From Candidatus Thorarchaeota archaeon (GTDB lineage: Archaea; Asgardarchaeota; Thorarchaeia; Thorarchaeales; Thorarchaeaceae): a stretch of 64,000 nt of DNA. Position 1 is the first letter of the stretch, and each line of letters begins with the position of its first letter. Positions 19,773 through 30,386 of the stretch are shown here, one piece after another. The notes beneath the pieces are model-generated. The model ran no database searches, was not told where the DNA came from, and saw only the letters and a program-made list of their open reading frames with translations. The translations under genes were made by a program, and so were the position numbers. The stretch is taken from contig JAEORO010000069.1 in NCBI GenBank assembly GCA_016840855.1, forward strand, positions 32,001 through 96,000, read 5' to 3'.

Positions 19773-20852
19773 CTACCAGCGTAATCGTGCAGCCATCCCG
19801 CCAAAAGCTTTCAGTTGTGCTCCAGATTCTGTTTGATTTGAAAAAACAAGAAGCTGAGACCCATAATTAGCTGTTTCTTCATAAAGTTCATCCATCTGAT
19901 CAGCAAGATCTTCGGAAACCATGATTGTATCTACACGGCCTTGACGGAGTGCATCCATGACTTCTTTCTTGCCATAGGTGACAGTATTGAGCCCTTTCAA
20001 GAGGTCACCCATAAAACCGTCCCAGGTCTGCCGCTCAGCATAGATTTCAGTTTCACGGAGCACACGAGATGCCTCTTTCATTGCTTGGAACAAACCAGTT
20101 TCATCAATTACACTCACCGGAATGATGGTTTCTGCAACCTTCTCTCGCAGACGATAGTCCAGGTCACCCTTTTCTAGGAACTCTTGACAACGGATTGTAT
20201 TACCACCCAAGACAATTGCATCAACGTTATCCAAGTTATCAAGAAGAAGTTCACCTAGCAAACGTCCAACATGCTTGAAGAACTCAAGCATCTTTTCTTC
20301 ACGAATTCGTAAGTAACGTTTTGCACTCTGTCCACCAGCTCTTGTTTTCCCGATGATATAGAAGTCCTCATCACGGACCAGCTCCATATGCTTTCCACGA
20401 AGATAACCTATCGTTACCTTTCCGCCTTCGATTAGTACTATAACAACCAAACTCTTTGGCTGCGTCATTGTCTCGAGTTCTTCAGTAACAAATTCACGGC
20501 CACAGAGATATACGAATTGCGAAATTGGTGAAGGGGGAACTATGATCTCACGTATCTCTTCGTTTGTTCCTCCTTCTTCCTTAATACCAAAAAAGAAGGC
20601 AATACCGTTTTCAGGTAGCTGTGTAATCTTGGTGAGTTCACTGAGAATAGCTGTAAGATTATCTGAAACGTTCTTTCGATTCGCTTTGCTTTTGATGTTC
20701 TCTGCACCTGCAAGTTCAGTTTTTACAAAGCTTATGACATCAGTCAGGTTCTTTGAGGGGGGGATGTAGATTGTGGTGAAAGAACTATGGCGTCCTTGGT
20801 AAGCTTTTAGCTGCTCTATTTTGCGCTTTAGCCTATATCGATTCAAGGACAC
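19773..20852 (-). CDS. prf1: Peptide chain release factor aRF1
   Basis: NIKS, YLCGREF (YxCxxxF), GGQS and C-terminal FGG.AA.LR motifs. Confidence 0.92.
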   Translation of the reverse strand: MSLNRYRLKRKIEQLKAYQGRHSSFTTIYIPPSKNLTDVISFVKTELAGAENIKSKANRKNVSDNLTAILSELTKITQLPENGIAFFFGIKEEGGTNEEIREIIVPPSPISQFVYLCGREFVTEELETMTQPKSLVVIVLIEGGKVTIGYLRGKHMELVRDEDFYIIGKTRAGGQSAKRYLRIREEKMLEFFKHVGRLLGELLLDNLDNVDAIVLGGNTIRCQEFLEKGDLDYRLREKVAETIIPVSVIDETGLFQAMKEASRVLRETEIYAERQTWDGFMGDLLKGLNTVTYGKKEVMDALRQGRVDTIMVSEDLADQMDELYEETANYGSQLLVFSNQTESGAQLKAFGGMAARLRW

Positions 20853-21176
20853 TTTTTGTCACCTTCACACTGTATATCTTTGCTGATTATTAAAAATCAG
20901 AGGCAGGTCAAATCCGCCAACTGAGAACCTCAATTGAGCATATTTGAACATTACGACATAACGATTATTGTGCAGACGCTTGTGAAGACCATTCATAATT
21001 ACGGCGACAGATTAAAAAGGTGAGGGCATCGTTGAAACTTTCAACAGGTGAAGGACGGATGGATAACCGCCAATTTACATCAAGCCCATAAGGGATCATT
21101 TGTCATGCCATAATAGTGAAAATCTGGTGGGTCCATCATGCTTCAATCTGATTGTTTTAGGAGTTTTGATTAACAC

Positions 21177-22685
21177 ATGAGTGAACAGCTGACAGAAGGT
21201 GAGAGAATAGTACTAAGAGAACTATTGAATCTAGGCCAGCGTGTTTCATCGTCACAACTTGCCAGTAATCTCAAGCAAGGTGATGAGCGAGTAATTTCTA
21301 TCCTCAACTCATTAGCTAGTCGTAGTTTTGTGCAAATTCAAACTAGAGAGATTGTGTCATATTCGCTTACAGATGAAGGAATAAGCTATGCAGAGATTGG
21401 ACTTCCTGAAATCCGTCTTTTTAATGGAGTTAAAAAACTAGGAGGGAAGGCTACCTTTGATGAAGCTGTTGCTCAAGCAGAATTAGACTCAGAAACTACA
21501 AGAATCGCAATGAACTGGGCTCGGAAAAATGGATGGCTAGAAATATCGAAAGAGGACGATGTCACTATCCTCCAGTGTTCAGTTGACATTGCAGAATCAG
21601 ACATATCTGAGGTTCTTGATTTACTGTCATCAGGAAGAGAATTACTATCAAAAACACATGCTGAATCTTTGAAGATAGCCTTAGAGAGAAAACTAGTCTA
21701 TGAGATTATCACCAAGAGATTTGAAGCTGAGATTGTCCAAGCTAAAATTGGAGAGATTGAGCAATTAGTTGAAGGTGTCGTGAAAGGGATTGGAGATATT
21801 ACTCCAGAGCTTCTTGCAAGTGATGCATGGAAAACTGCAACTTTCAGACCATATAATGTTGACATACAACCAGCTTATCGTAACTACGGCAAAAAGCATC
21901 CGTATGCAGAGTTCAACGATTGGTTAAGAGAAATAATGATCGGATTAGGATTCACTGAATGGTTCGGACCATATGTGGAAACTGAATTCTGGGCTCATGA
22001 TACACTCTTCGTCCCTCAAGACCATGTTGCTAGGGAAGTCCAAGATCAATTCCGTGTTGTAGCCCCATACAGTCATGGGCAAATCAGCGATAAGAAATAC
22101 TACAATACTGTAAAGGAGGTTCACGAGAATGGTGGTCACACAGGATCAAAAGGATGGGATTGGCCATACCATGAAGAAATAGCAACACGCCTATGTCTAC
22201 GTCCACATACAACTCCTGTTTCTATGAGGTTTCTTTATGAACATCGTAAAGGTCCTCAGAAGATGTTCATAATTGATAGGAATTTCAGGTCTGAAACTCT
22301 TAGTGCAACACACGCACAGGAGTTCGATCAGTGTGAAGGAATAATTATGGACAAAGGATTGACATTGCGAGACCTGCTTGGATATCTTACCTCAATATGC
22401 AAAGGTGTTGGCATTGAGGAACTTAAATTCAAACCTGGTCAGTTCCCATTCACAGAGCCTAGTGTTGAAACCTTTGGAAAGCATGAGAAGCTTGGGTGGA
22501 TTGAACTTGGAGGTTCAGGGATTTTCAGACCTGAAGTCACTCAGCCTCTTGGAATTAAGGACACAGTTCTTGCGTGGGGAATTGGAAGTGGAAGGCTGTA
22601 CATGGCTTCAATGGGAATTAATGACATAAGGGACCTTTTCTCGCGAGATTTGACCTGGCTTAGGAGGAGCTACTTCATCAGGTAG
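21177..22685 (+). CDS. pheS: Phenylalanine-tRNA ligase alpha subunit (archaeal/eukaryotic type)
   Basis: GKKHP, FVPQDHVARE, LRPHTT, FRSE and FPFTEPS motifs; N-terminal wHTH domains. Confidence 0.95.
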   Translation: MSEQLTEGERIVLRELLNLGQRVSSSQLASNLKQGDERVISILNSLASRSFVQIQTREIVSYSLTDEGISYAEIGLPEIRLFNGVKKLGGKATFDEAVAQAELDSETTRIAMNWARKNGWLEISKEDDVTILQCSVDIAESDISEVLDLLSSGRELLSKTHAESLKIALERKLVYEIITKRFEAEIVQAKIGEIEQLVEGVVKGIGDITPELLASDAWKTATFRPYNVDIQPAYRNYGKKHPYAEFNDWLREIMIGLGFTEWFGPYVETEFWAHDTLFVPQDHVAREVQDQFRVVAPYSHGQISDKKYYNTVKEVHENGGHTGSKGWDWPYHEEIATRLCLRPHTTPVSMRFLYEHRKGPQKMFIIDRNFRSETLSATHAQEFDQCEGIIMDKGLTLRDLLGYLTSICKGVGIEELKFKPGQFPFTEPSVETFGKHEKLGWIELGGSGIFRPEVTQPLGIKDTVLAWGIGSGRLYMASMGINDIRDLFSRDLTWLRRSYFIR

Positions 22686-24365
22686 GTGATAAGAATGATT
22701 ATAGAATGTCGAATCGATGATCTTCTTTCATTAATAGGAAAGAAACTCACCATGCAAGAGCTAGAAGATACGCTATTTCTGATAAAAGCTGAGGTTGAGA
22801 ATGTAGATGGAAACATCATTGAGATAGAAGTGAATCCAGACCGCCAAGATATGCTATCCACAGAAGGCATAGCTAGGTCAGTTAGGTCATTCTTGAGTAT
22901 TGAAACAGGATTGAAGACATATGCTGTGAAAAAATCAGGGAAACAAGTCATTGTCAAAACAGGACTTGCAAAAATCAGACCCTTCATTTGCTGCTCTATC
23001 ATTAAGGGTGTACCTTCTGATGATGAATTGATAAAGGAATACATGCACCTGCAAGATTCTCTAACATCAACACATGGAAGGAATAGAAGCAAAGCCAGCA
23101 TTGGTCTCTATGTATACGACGAACTTGAATTCCCAGTGATTTATGGATTGCGTGCTCCTGAGATGATCAAGTTCATACCATTAGGTTATGAGAAAGAGAT
23201 GGATGGTCCAACAATTCTGAATCAACATGAGAAAGGAGTTGAATTTGGGCCCATTATTCAGAAACATAAGAAATGGCCATTACTCTATGACTCTAAAAAT
23301 CAAATTTTGAGTCTCCCTCCAGTCATCAACAGCAACCACCTAGGACGAATAACCACAGAAACCAGGAATATATTCGTTGAAGTTACAGGGACACATTTGC
23401 CGACAGTACATCAAGCTCTGAACATCATCACCGCATCCCTTGAAGAAAGAGGGGGTAAAATTGAGTCTGTTACAGTCGTATATCCTGATGGCACTACTGA
23501 TGAAACTCCAGATTTTAAGCCGGATCGAATAAGGATCAACGTGGACGACGTTAATTCGCTTTTAGGTCTCGATTTATCAGAAAGTCAGATTGTCAGAGCA
23601 TTGGAAAGAATGGGTTATGGAGCAAAAACAACGAAAGCAAAACAAATTCAGGTGTTCATCCCCAAGTTCAGAATGGACATTCTTCATCCCGTCGATATAA
23701 TCGAAGACATAGCTATCGGATATGGATATGACCGATTGGAGCCCGCTATGCCCCAAACAATGACTATGGGAAAAATCAATCCGATAACTAGAATCAAAAA
23801 CAAGATTCGAGATTTATTGGTTGGACTTGGCTATCAAGAAGTCATGAACTACATCATGAGTTCTCCTGATTTACTGAATGAAAAAATGAATCGAAATCGG
23901 CCACTGGTAGAAACTGGTAATCCAAAGAGTCGCAACTACTCGGTCCTCAGGAACTCTCTTCTTCCAATTCTCCTTGATTTCATTTCACAGAATCAACATG
24001 CGGATTATCCACAGAAGATCTTCGAGGTTGGAGATGTGACAGTTCCGGATGAGTCAAAGGAAACCCGCGCAAACCAGGTTACGTCGATTTGCGGTGTGAC
24101 GACAGATGTAAAGGTAAACATCACTAGTCTAATGAGCGAGATAGGATTTCTTTTACGTAATCTTGGATTAGACAAACAATTCACGTTCGAATCAGAAAAG
24201 AGCACAGACTTCATTGAAGGTAGGTGCGCAAGCATTAAGATTAATGATGAACCATGGGGATCTTTTGGAGAGATTTCTCCCAGAATACTCTCTAACTTCG
24301 GAATTGGCTATCCAATCGTAGCTTTCGAGATTCACATTCCAAGAAATGCAGATTGGATTACGTAA
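22686..24365 (+). CDS. pheT: Phenylalanine-tRNA ligase beta subunit
   Basis: PDRQDMLSTEGIAR, SLPPVINS, R.DILHPVDIIEDIAIGYG and LR.SLLP motifs. Confidence 0.95.
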   Translation: MIRMIIECRIDDLLSLIGKKLTMQELEDTLFLIKAEVENVDGNIIEIEVNPDRQDMLSTEGIARSVRSFLSIETGLKTYAVKKSGKQVIVKTGLAKIRPFICCSIIKGVPSDDELIKEYMHLQDSLTSTHGRNRSKASIGLYVYDELEFPVIYGLRAPEMIKFIPLGYEKEMDGPTILNQHEKGVEFGPIIQKHKKWPLLYDSKNQILSLPPVINSNHLGRITTETRNIFVEVTGTHLPTVHQALNIITASLEERGGKIESVTVVYPDGTTDETPDFKPDRIRINVDDVNSLLGLDLSESQIVRALERMGYGAKTTKAKQIQVFIPKFRMDILHPVDIIEDIAIGYGYDRLEPAMPQTMTMGKINPITRIKNKIRDLLVGLGYQEVMNYIMSSPDLLNEKMNRNRPLVETGNPKSRNYSVLRNSLLPILLDFISQNQHADYPQKIFEVGDVTVPDESKETRANQVTSICGVTTDVKVNITSLMSEIGFLLRNLGLDKQFTFESEKSTDFIEGRCASIKINDEPWGSFGEISPRILSNFGIGYPIVAFEIHIPRNADWIT

Positions 24366-24469
24366 AGAGCTAAATTAAAACAAGTTTAATCTCCGCAGAA
24401 AAGATATAAAACAAGACTCGTGAAGAGTGAGAGTACGTCCGGAAAGCGATAACTCGGGGTTGCCAATGT

Positions 24470-25078
24470 ATGACGCAGAGAATTGATACTTCAGAAACCA
24501 TATCTGACACAGACACGTCCGATGGCTTTGAAGGGTACAAGTTTCGTGTGGTCCTACTAGGAGAGGCAGCCGTTGGGAAAACATCGCTTGTAAGGAGATA
24601 TACTGAGAACGTCTTTGATGAAGAGTATAAACAGACCATTGGAACTACATTCGCGACAAAAGACATTGATGTGACAGATAGCGAGGGCAGTATTCGTAAG
24701 GTTCGTTTGAACGTTTGGGATATGGGTGGTCAATCAACATACAGAGAACTTCGAAGGCAATTCATGAAAGGTGCGTCAGGTGCCATCATTGTATATGACG
24801 TTACACGTCCTGAAACATTCATGGCAATGAACAATTGGTTTGAATCGTTCAGAGAGGTTTGTCCTGCTTCGCCTGTTATCATTAGTGCTAACAAGATTGA
24901 CCTCGCCGATCAAAGGATGGTCCCTCAGGAACCTGGATTGATGCTTCGCGATTGGTTCCAAGCGGAGTATTTTGAAACTTCAGCAAAAACTGGCGACGAG
25001 GTAAACAATGTGTTTACTCGTATTGCAGAGGTTGTTCTGGGAAAGGCTCTATCAGAAGCTAAAGGTCCTTTGATGTAG
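24470..25078 (+). CDS. Rab-like small GTPase
   Basis: G1 GEAAVGKT, G2 TIG, G3 WDMGGQ, G4 NKID, G5 ETSAK. Confidence 0.92.
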   Translation: MTQRIDTSETISDTDTSDGFEGYKFRVVLLGEAAVGKTSLVRRYTENVFDEEYKQTIGTTFATKDIDVTDSEGSIRKVRLNVWDMGGQSTYRELRRQFMKGASGAIIVYDVTRPETFMAMNNWFESFREVCPASPVIISANKIDLADQRMVPQEPGLMLRDWFQAEYFETSAKTGDEVNNVFTRIAEVVLGKALSEAKGPLM

Positions 25079-25093
25079 ACCTATCCAGACGAG

Positions 25094-25516
25094 GTGAAGA
25101 GAAATATGAAAGTAAGGGACTTCATGACTTCATTAATCATCACAGCAGAAGTAGACACTCCTGTGACAGATGCAGTCAGATTGATGGCTGTTGAAGATGT
25201 TGGAAGTCTCTTGGTCACAAAAGCAGATGTTCTCGCAGGTATGGTCACTCTTCGTGAAGTCATTGGAGCACAACTTCTTTCCGAGGAATTATACCACACT
25301 CTTTGCTTGGAAGATATCATGACAACTCCAGTCGTCACCATCGGACCTGAAGCAGATATTGGGCAGGTAATCACCCTAATGAATCAAACTGGGAAACGAC
25401 ATATTCCAGTCATTGAAGGAAATGATATCATTGGTTTGGTGGCCACCACAGACATAATCAGAGTACTTGCTACTGTGAAGCTTATTGCTGATGGAGCCCC
25501 GATGCTTGAAGATTAA
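25094..25516 (+). CDS. CBS domain pair protein
   Basis: VRDFMT, DIMTTPVVTI and IPV...IIG motifs. Confidence 0.85.
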   Translation: MKRNMKVRDFMTSLIITAEVDTPVTDAVRLMAVEDVGSLLVTKADVLAGMVTLREVIGAQLLSEELYHTLCLEDIMTTPVVTIGPEADIGQVITLMNQTGKRHIPVIEGNDIIGLVATTDIIRVLATVKLIADGAPMLED

Positions 25517-26244
25517 GCAGGTTTGTATTTTGGAATCTCATCTTTGATTTCTTTCTTGAGCTTTATCACATCACGAGCTTGGAGTTCATGGCGTTTCTGA
25601 TATCCCCCCACAATTCCGGCCCATCTATCAATATGAACCATAATTGGGTCACTTGGCACAATCTTCAAAATTGCCGCTTTTGCCTCAGCCATGGCATCAA
25701 GAACATCCCCTGCAATACAACCCATTTTTAGAGATTTAACAATTGAATTCAAATGACCTGCAATTTGCATTGCGCGATCTGCAGGGAGAGCTGTTGGAGC
25801 AAAGGTAGCAACGGGTTCAGGTTCAGGCTCAGGGGTGACAACTGGAGCAGGTTCTGGAGTCGGCGTGGGCGTTGCTTTAGGAGGAGGAGTTGGTGCAGCT
25901 GGTTTTGGAGGAGCAGTTTCAGGCATCTTAGTCAACATTTCATCAATGAGAGCAATCATTTCATTCCTGAGTTTTTCCATTGATTGTTGAACAAATACTC
26001 GAATGGCTCCAACTTCCTGTACGACCATATTGGCAAGAGCCTCTTGATTATCAGGAGGTGATGCAGCTGAGGTCTGCTTACCTATTGCAGCAATAATCTC
26101 ATCCTTGGCAACTCGCACCTCAGATTTAATCTCAGTCACTGTACCAAGAATTGTAATCATGCGTTTTAGAGTTTCACCAAGTTGATTGATGCTCTCTTCA
26201 ATCTTCGTTAAACGACTTAGAAATTGCTCTGCCAAGATAGTCAC
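25513..26244 (-). CDS. Hypothetical protein: N-terminal coiled coil, Pro-rich linker, helical C-terminal domain
   Basis: Heptad-like N-terminus; PPKPAAPTPPPK..PEPEPEP linker. Confidence 0.7.
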   Translation of the reverse strand: MTILAEQFLSRLTKIEESINQLGETLKRMITILGTVTEIKSEVRVAKDEIIAAIGKQTSAASPPDNQEALANMVVQEVGAIRVFVQQSMEKLRNEMIALIDEMLTKMPETAPPKPAAPTPPPKATPTPTPEPAPVVTPEPEPEPVATFAPTALPADRAMQIAGHLNSIVKSLKMGCIAGDVLDAMAEAKAAILKIVPSDPIMVHIDRWAGIVGGYQKRHELQARDVIKLKKEIKDEIPKYKPA

Positions 26245-26428
26245 CTACAGTCCAAATTACATCCGCGTATGGAAAATGTCAAGTATAATCCTTACTGTGA
26301 TAGACCCATTTTTGTATTACTCATCATTCTTACAAATCGCAATGATAGCTCGACAATATACTCAGAACTATTATTAACCCAACAATGGCAGAAATAAATG
26401 GTAGTGAAAATTAGGACGTTGTGCCACC

Positions 26429-27025
26429 GTGATGGAAGACGCTAGCCACATGCTCAAAATGGTCGCTCTAGGTAATGGAGCAGTAGGCAAGACTAGCTGT
26501 ATTAAGAGATATACGGAAGACAGCTTTAGCGAACGCTATATAGCTACTATTGGCACAACATTTGCTCTAAAAACAGTAAATACTGTATCACCAAGTGGCA
26601 GTACAATTACAGCACGAGTTGTCCTTTGGGATCTTGCAGGACAACCCACCTACAACGAGCTGAGAAGAAGGTATATGGCCGGCGCTTCAATGGCTATCAT
26701 AGTGTACGATGTGACTCGACCTCAGACTTTTTTGGACATTGGTGAGTGGTTCACCAAGTTTATCACTGTGTGTCCAAATGCTGTGGTCGCGGTTGTTGCT
26801 AACAAGATTGACCGCGAAGACAGATTGGTTCCTCCAGAAGCTGGAAAAATGGTCACGCAATGGTTGGATGTCTTGCACTATGAAACTTCAGCTAAGACGG
26901 GTGAAAACATCAACACCCTCTTTACTGATTTAGTTCAAAGGGCAGTGGCAAAGCAAGCTGAATTGGGTCAGCTTGATCAATTGTCTGGAACCCAACCACC
27001 AAAACCATTCAAGCTAGGCGTCTGA
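26429..27025 (+). CDS. Rab-like small GTPase
   Basis: GNGAVGKT, TIG, WDLAGQ, NKID and ETSAK motifs. Confidence 0.92.
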   Translation: MMEDASHMLKMVALGNGAVGKTSCIKRYTEDSFSERYIATIGTTFALKTVNTVSPSGSTITARVVLWDLAGQPTYNELRRRYMAGASMAIIVYDVTRPQTFLDIGEWFTKFITVCPNAVVAVVANKIDREDRLVPPEAGKMVTQWLDVLHYETSAKTGENINTLFTDLVQRAVAKQAELGQLDQLSGTQPPKPFKLGV

Positions 27026-27051
27026 GAGGACTACTAGGAAGGATTTGGATA

Positions 27052-27585
27052 GTGTCAAAACTTCAATATTTGAAAGGTGGAATTGGACATCTTTTTCTTC
27101 TCATGATAAATTTCTCCGTTTTGGTTGGAATTATTGAAAGTCTTCAGCTCTTCACACCGTTCTTACCAACTCTGAATGCATTGGTTTTAGGGTACATGCT
27201 GTGCCATACTTTCATTCTTCTGTCGATTCAACAAGGCATCCAAATTCTAGAGTTCATTCGATTGCGTATGCCCACCGTTCTCATCGCATATTACTTTCAG
27301 ATTAGCGATCAAGAAACCATAAAGGTGCCACTTTTTGATCCTACTAAAAGCAGGTTGGCTGTGTTTATTCTCCTTCTTGTAATAACTGGGGGACCAATCC
27401 TTTATCCAATTTTCGCGGTGTATGGATTCCTATTGGTGTGGGGACATTTCGCCATTATAGCTCTGGATCCCGCAAGGATCGTATGGTACTTTGGGATATT
27501 CATAAATTATGCTCCTCCATTATTACTCATTATTGCAGCAATAATTGTTGGTTCTATAGTAATGATAGAAATGAAACATGTGTAG
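27052..27585 (+). CDS. Integral membrane protein
   Basis: Four to five hydrophobic segments. Confidence 0.7.
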   Translation: MSKLQYLKGGIGHLFLLMINFSVLVGIIESLQLFTPFLPTLNALVLGYMLCHTFILLSIQQGIQILEFIRLRMPTVLIAYYFQISDQETIKVPLFDPTKSRLAVFILLLVITGGPILYPIFAVYGFLLVWGHFAIIALDPARIVWYFGIFINYAPPLLLIIAAIIVGSIVMIEMKHV

Positions 27586-27588
27586 TCG

Positions 27589-28884
27589 TCAGAAACGGAA
27601 TCTTGAATCTACAATTGTATCAGTTCTCCTTGGACCAACAGAAACCATAGCTACCTTTGATCCAGTTGATCTTTCTATAAAACCGATATAATTTTGTAAT
27701 TGACTAGGAAGGTTGTTAAAATCGCTATGTTCAGGAGAAGGTTCAATCTCTTCTGTCCAACCCGCCATCTCATCATAGATAGGAACAACCTCTGAAAGCA
27801 TTTCTGTGTAACTGGGAAATGTCGAAGTTTCAGTACCGTTTACATCATATGCTACGCAGACTTTTAGAGGATTAATGCCTGTTAGAACATCGACTTTGGT
27901 CAAAGCAAGGTGTGAGCACCCATTTATACGAATGGCATATCTTAGTGCAACTAAATCTAACCATCCACATCTTCGTGGACGACCAGTAACCGTTCCAAAC
28001 TCTTTCCCTCGGTTCTGCATTCTATGACCAATGTCATCTTTAAGTTCTGTAGGAAATGGTCCGGTTCCAACGCGTGTCATGTAAGCCTTGCAGACACCTA
28101 GTACAGCGTCAAGCCTTGAAAATGGTACTCCGGTCCCAACAGATGCAGCTGCAGAAACGCAATTTGAACTAGTAACAAAGGGATAAGTCCCATGGTCTAT
28201 GTCGAGGAGAGTTCCTTGAGCACCCTCAAAAAGAACGCGTTTGCCTGTATTGAATGCCGACTCCAAGTACTCTCCTGAATCACCTACATATGGTAGCAAC
28301 TTCTTAATGATAGACGAAAATGATTCCAATGAAGCTATGTATGGGTCATCAACTACTGTCCCATATATCTTCTCAATGATTGATTTTGCTGAAGACTCTA
28401 ACACTGACCACTGTTCACTATTACGTTGAGTAAAATCACTGAGCCTGACGCCTACTCTAGCCACTTTATCACAGTACGTAGGACCTATTCCTCTTTTTGT
28501 GGTTCCGAGTTTCATGTTTCCTTTGGCAGTCTCGTTAAGACCATCAATCTGAATGTGAAAAGGTGTAATCAGATGTGCGCGGTCACTGATCAACAGATCA
28601 ATCTCTATCTTAGCCTCTCGAAGAGCCTCAATTTCTTCTATAAGAACTGTAGGGTCAATAACAACACCATTACCAATCACCGTTCTCTTTCCACGTACTG
28701 CACCGGTAGGCATGATTCTGAATTTGTGAGTGTCGTTTGCAACTATTACCGTGTGCCCTGCGTTACTACCACCTTGAAATCTGACAACAATATCGAAGTT
28801 CTCGGATAAGACATCAACAATCTTACCTTTACCTTCATCACCCCATTGAAGACCTATGACGACCAAGCCCTGCGGAGATTTCAT
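27589..28884 (-). CDS. purA: Adenylosuccinate synthetase
   Basis: QWGDEGKGK, GG.NAGHT, GTT.RGIGP, EGAQG, GTYPFVTSS and TGRPRRCGW motifs; start placed at MKSPQG. Confidence 0.96.
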   Translation of the reverse strand: MKSPQGLVVIGLQWGDEGKGKIVDVLSENFDIVVRFQGGSNAGHTVIVANDTHKFRIMPTGAVRGKRTVIGNGVVIDPTVLIEEIEALREAKIEIDLLISDRAHLITPFHIQIDGLNETAKGNMKLGTTKRGIGPTYCDKVARVGVRLSDFTQRNSEQWSVLESSAKSIIEKIYGTVVDDPYIASLESFSSIIKKLLPYVGDSGEYLESAFNTGKRVLFEGAQGTLLDIDHGTYPFVTSSNCVSAAASVGTGVPFSRLDAVLGVCKAYMTRVGTGPFPTELKDDIGHRMQNRGKEFGTVTGRPRRCGWLDLVALRYAIRINGCSHLALTKVDVLTGINPLKVCVAYDVNGTETSTFPSYTEMLSEVVPIYDEMAGWTEEIEPSPEHSDFNNLPSQLQNYIGFIERSTGSKVAMVSVGPRRTDTIVDSRFRF

Positions 28885-28990
28885 AATCCGGAGCGATATT
28901 CGGTTGTAGATAACCATTCTGCCTAATGTTGGATTTAGGTTGTCATGGTCTAATTTAAATTCCAGAGCGCCTTTTGATTGTCGATAGATA

Positions 28991-30343
28991 TTGAAGAGAC
29001 CTGATGTTGTCATTGTTGGAGCTGGTTCCGCAGGATGTGTCACTGCAAGAAGGTGTGCAGAGCTTGGGCTGAAAACACTTCTTTTGGATAGAAAACCAAA
29101 GGAAGAAATCGGTCAAAAAGTATGTGGAGATGAGGTTAGTAAGGCTCATTTTGAAGCGACAGGGATAGATTACCCAGAGGACAAAGAAATTTCATCAGTA
29201 ATTTCGGGAGCTGATGTCTATCCTCCCAACATGAAAAACGAATTAAAGGTCAGAGATTGGGCGGATTTTGATGGATGGACGGTAAATCGACTCATCTTTG
29301 GGCAAAGACTCTTGCGTGAAGCTATTAGCGCTGGAGCGACATTCATGCCCAATATCCATGTTGGAAGCCCCATGATGATAGGCGATCAGGTCACAGGTGT
29401 CCAGTACAAAGACCTCTCCTCAGGAGATTCAGTCATCATAAAGAGTAAGGTCGTTGTTGATGCCAGTGGATTTGCAGCAGTGATTAGAAACAAATTGGAC
29501 AATGCTCTAGTCGAGAACGACATCAGCAAAGAGGACATCGCACTCTGCTATAGAGAAATTCTCACCTTGAAGATGCCTTTAGCTGAGCCTGAAGTAGCTC
29601 GTGTCTTTCTTGGAGGCGAAATTGCACCAAAAGGGTATGGCTGGATTTTTCCGAAGGGTGCAAAAGTAGTTAATGCAGGCATTGGTATAACTGGAGGAGA
29701 TGGTCGAGGCTCGCCCAAATCACATTTTGTGAAGTTTAAAGAAACCTATCCACTTCTTTTTGGGACTAAGGTGATTGATGGAAAAGGAGGCGCAGTGCCA
29801 GTTCGACGACCACTAAAGAGTCTAGTTGGAGATGGTATTGCTTTTGTTGGAGATGCAGCATTACAAGTCAATCCAATCCATGGTGGTGGGATAGGAGCTG
29901 GAATGAGAGCGGGAATAATCCTAGGTGAAGTAGTACGAGGTGCGATAGCTAGAAGGGATGTTTCTGCAAATGGACTTTGGTCATATAACACAAGATATCT
30001 CTCGAGTTTTGGTCAAAGGCTTGCATCACTTGAAATCTTCAGGAGACTCCTCCAAAGTGTTTCTGATGAAGATATGGACTTTGGTTTCGAACGGAAACTC
30101 TTGGAAGCAGAGGACCTGATGGCTGCAAATCGTGGTGATGGTTTCTCACTTAGTATCGTTGATAAATTAAAGAGAGTAAAAAGAGGAGCAGGTAGAATTT
30201 CACTCTTAATCAAATTACAAAAAGCTGCGGGATTGATGAAGAAAATGAATAAAGCATACAGCAACTACCCTAACAGCCCTGACAAACTTGATAGCTGGGA
30301 AAAAACTGTTCTAGATATTATTGAATCAGCTAATTTCGAATAG
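28991..30343 (+). CDS. Digeranylgeranylglycerophospholipid reductase (GGR family)
   Basis: VGAGSAG, KVCGD, PKGYGWIFPK and VGDAA.QVNPIHGGGI motifs. Confidence 0.88.
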   Translation: MKRPDVVIVGAGSAGCVTARRCAELGLKTLLLDRKPKEEIGQKVCGDEVSKAHFEATGIDYPEDKEISSVISGADVYPPNMKNELKVRDWADFDGWTVNRLIFGQRLLREAISAGATFMPNIHVGSPMMIGDQVTGVQYKDLSSGDSVIIKSKVVVDASGFAAVIRNKLDNALVENDISKEDIALCYREILTLKMPLAEPEVARVFLGGEIAPKGYGWIFPKGAKVVNAGIGITGGDGRGSPKSHFVKFKETYPLLFGTKVIDGKGGAVPVRRPLKSLVGDGIAFVGDAALQVNPIHGGGIGAGMRAGIILGEVVRGAIARRDVSANGLWSYNTRYLSSFGQRLASLEIFRRLLQSVSDEDMDFGFERKLLEAEDLMAANRGDGFSLSIVDKLKRVKRGAGRISLLIKLQKAAGLMKKMNKAYSNYPNSPDKLDSWEKTVLDIIESANFE

Positions 30344-30352
30344 AGAAAGGTG

Positions 30353-30373
30353 GATGGTCTCTGGGAGACCATC
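30353..30373. terminator. Hairpin between convergent GGR and radA
   Basis: GATGGTCTC-TGG-GAGACCATC, a perfect 9-bp stem. Confidence 0.5.
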
Positions 30374-30386
30374 AATACTTCTATGA

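Noticed and set aside
19773-20852. Short aRF1 as a sign of an altered genetic code
   Set aside because: NIKS, YxCxxxF and GGQ are intact, and TAA, TAG and TGA all terminate conserved genes in this window.
21059-21091. Possible leader peptide MDNRQFTSSP upstream of pheS
   Set aside because: Only one Phe codon and no clear attenuator structure.
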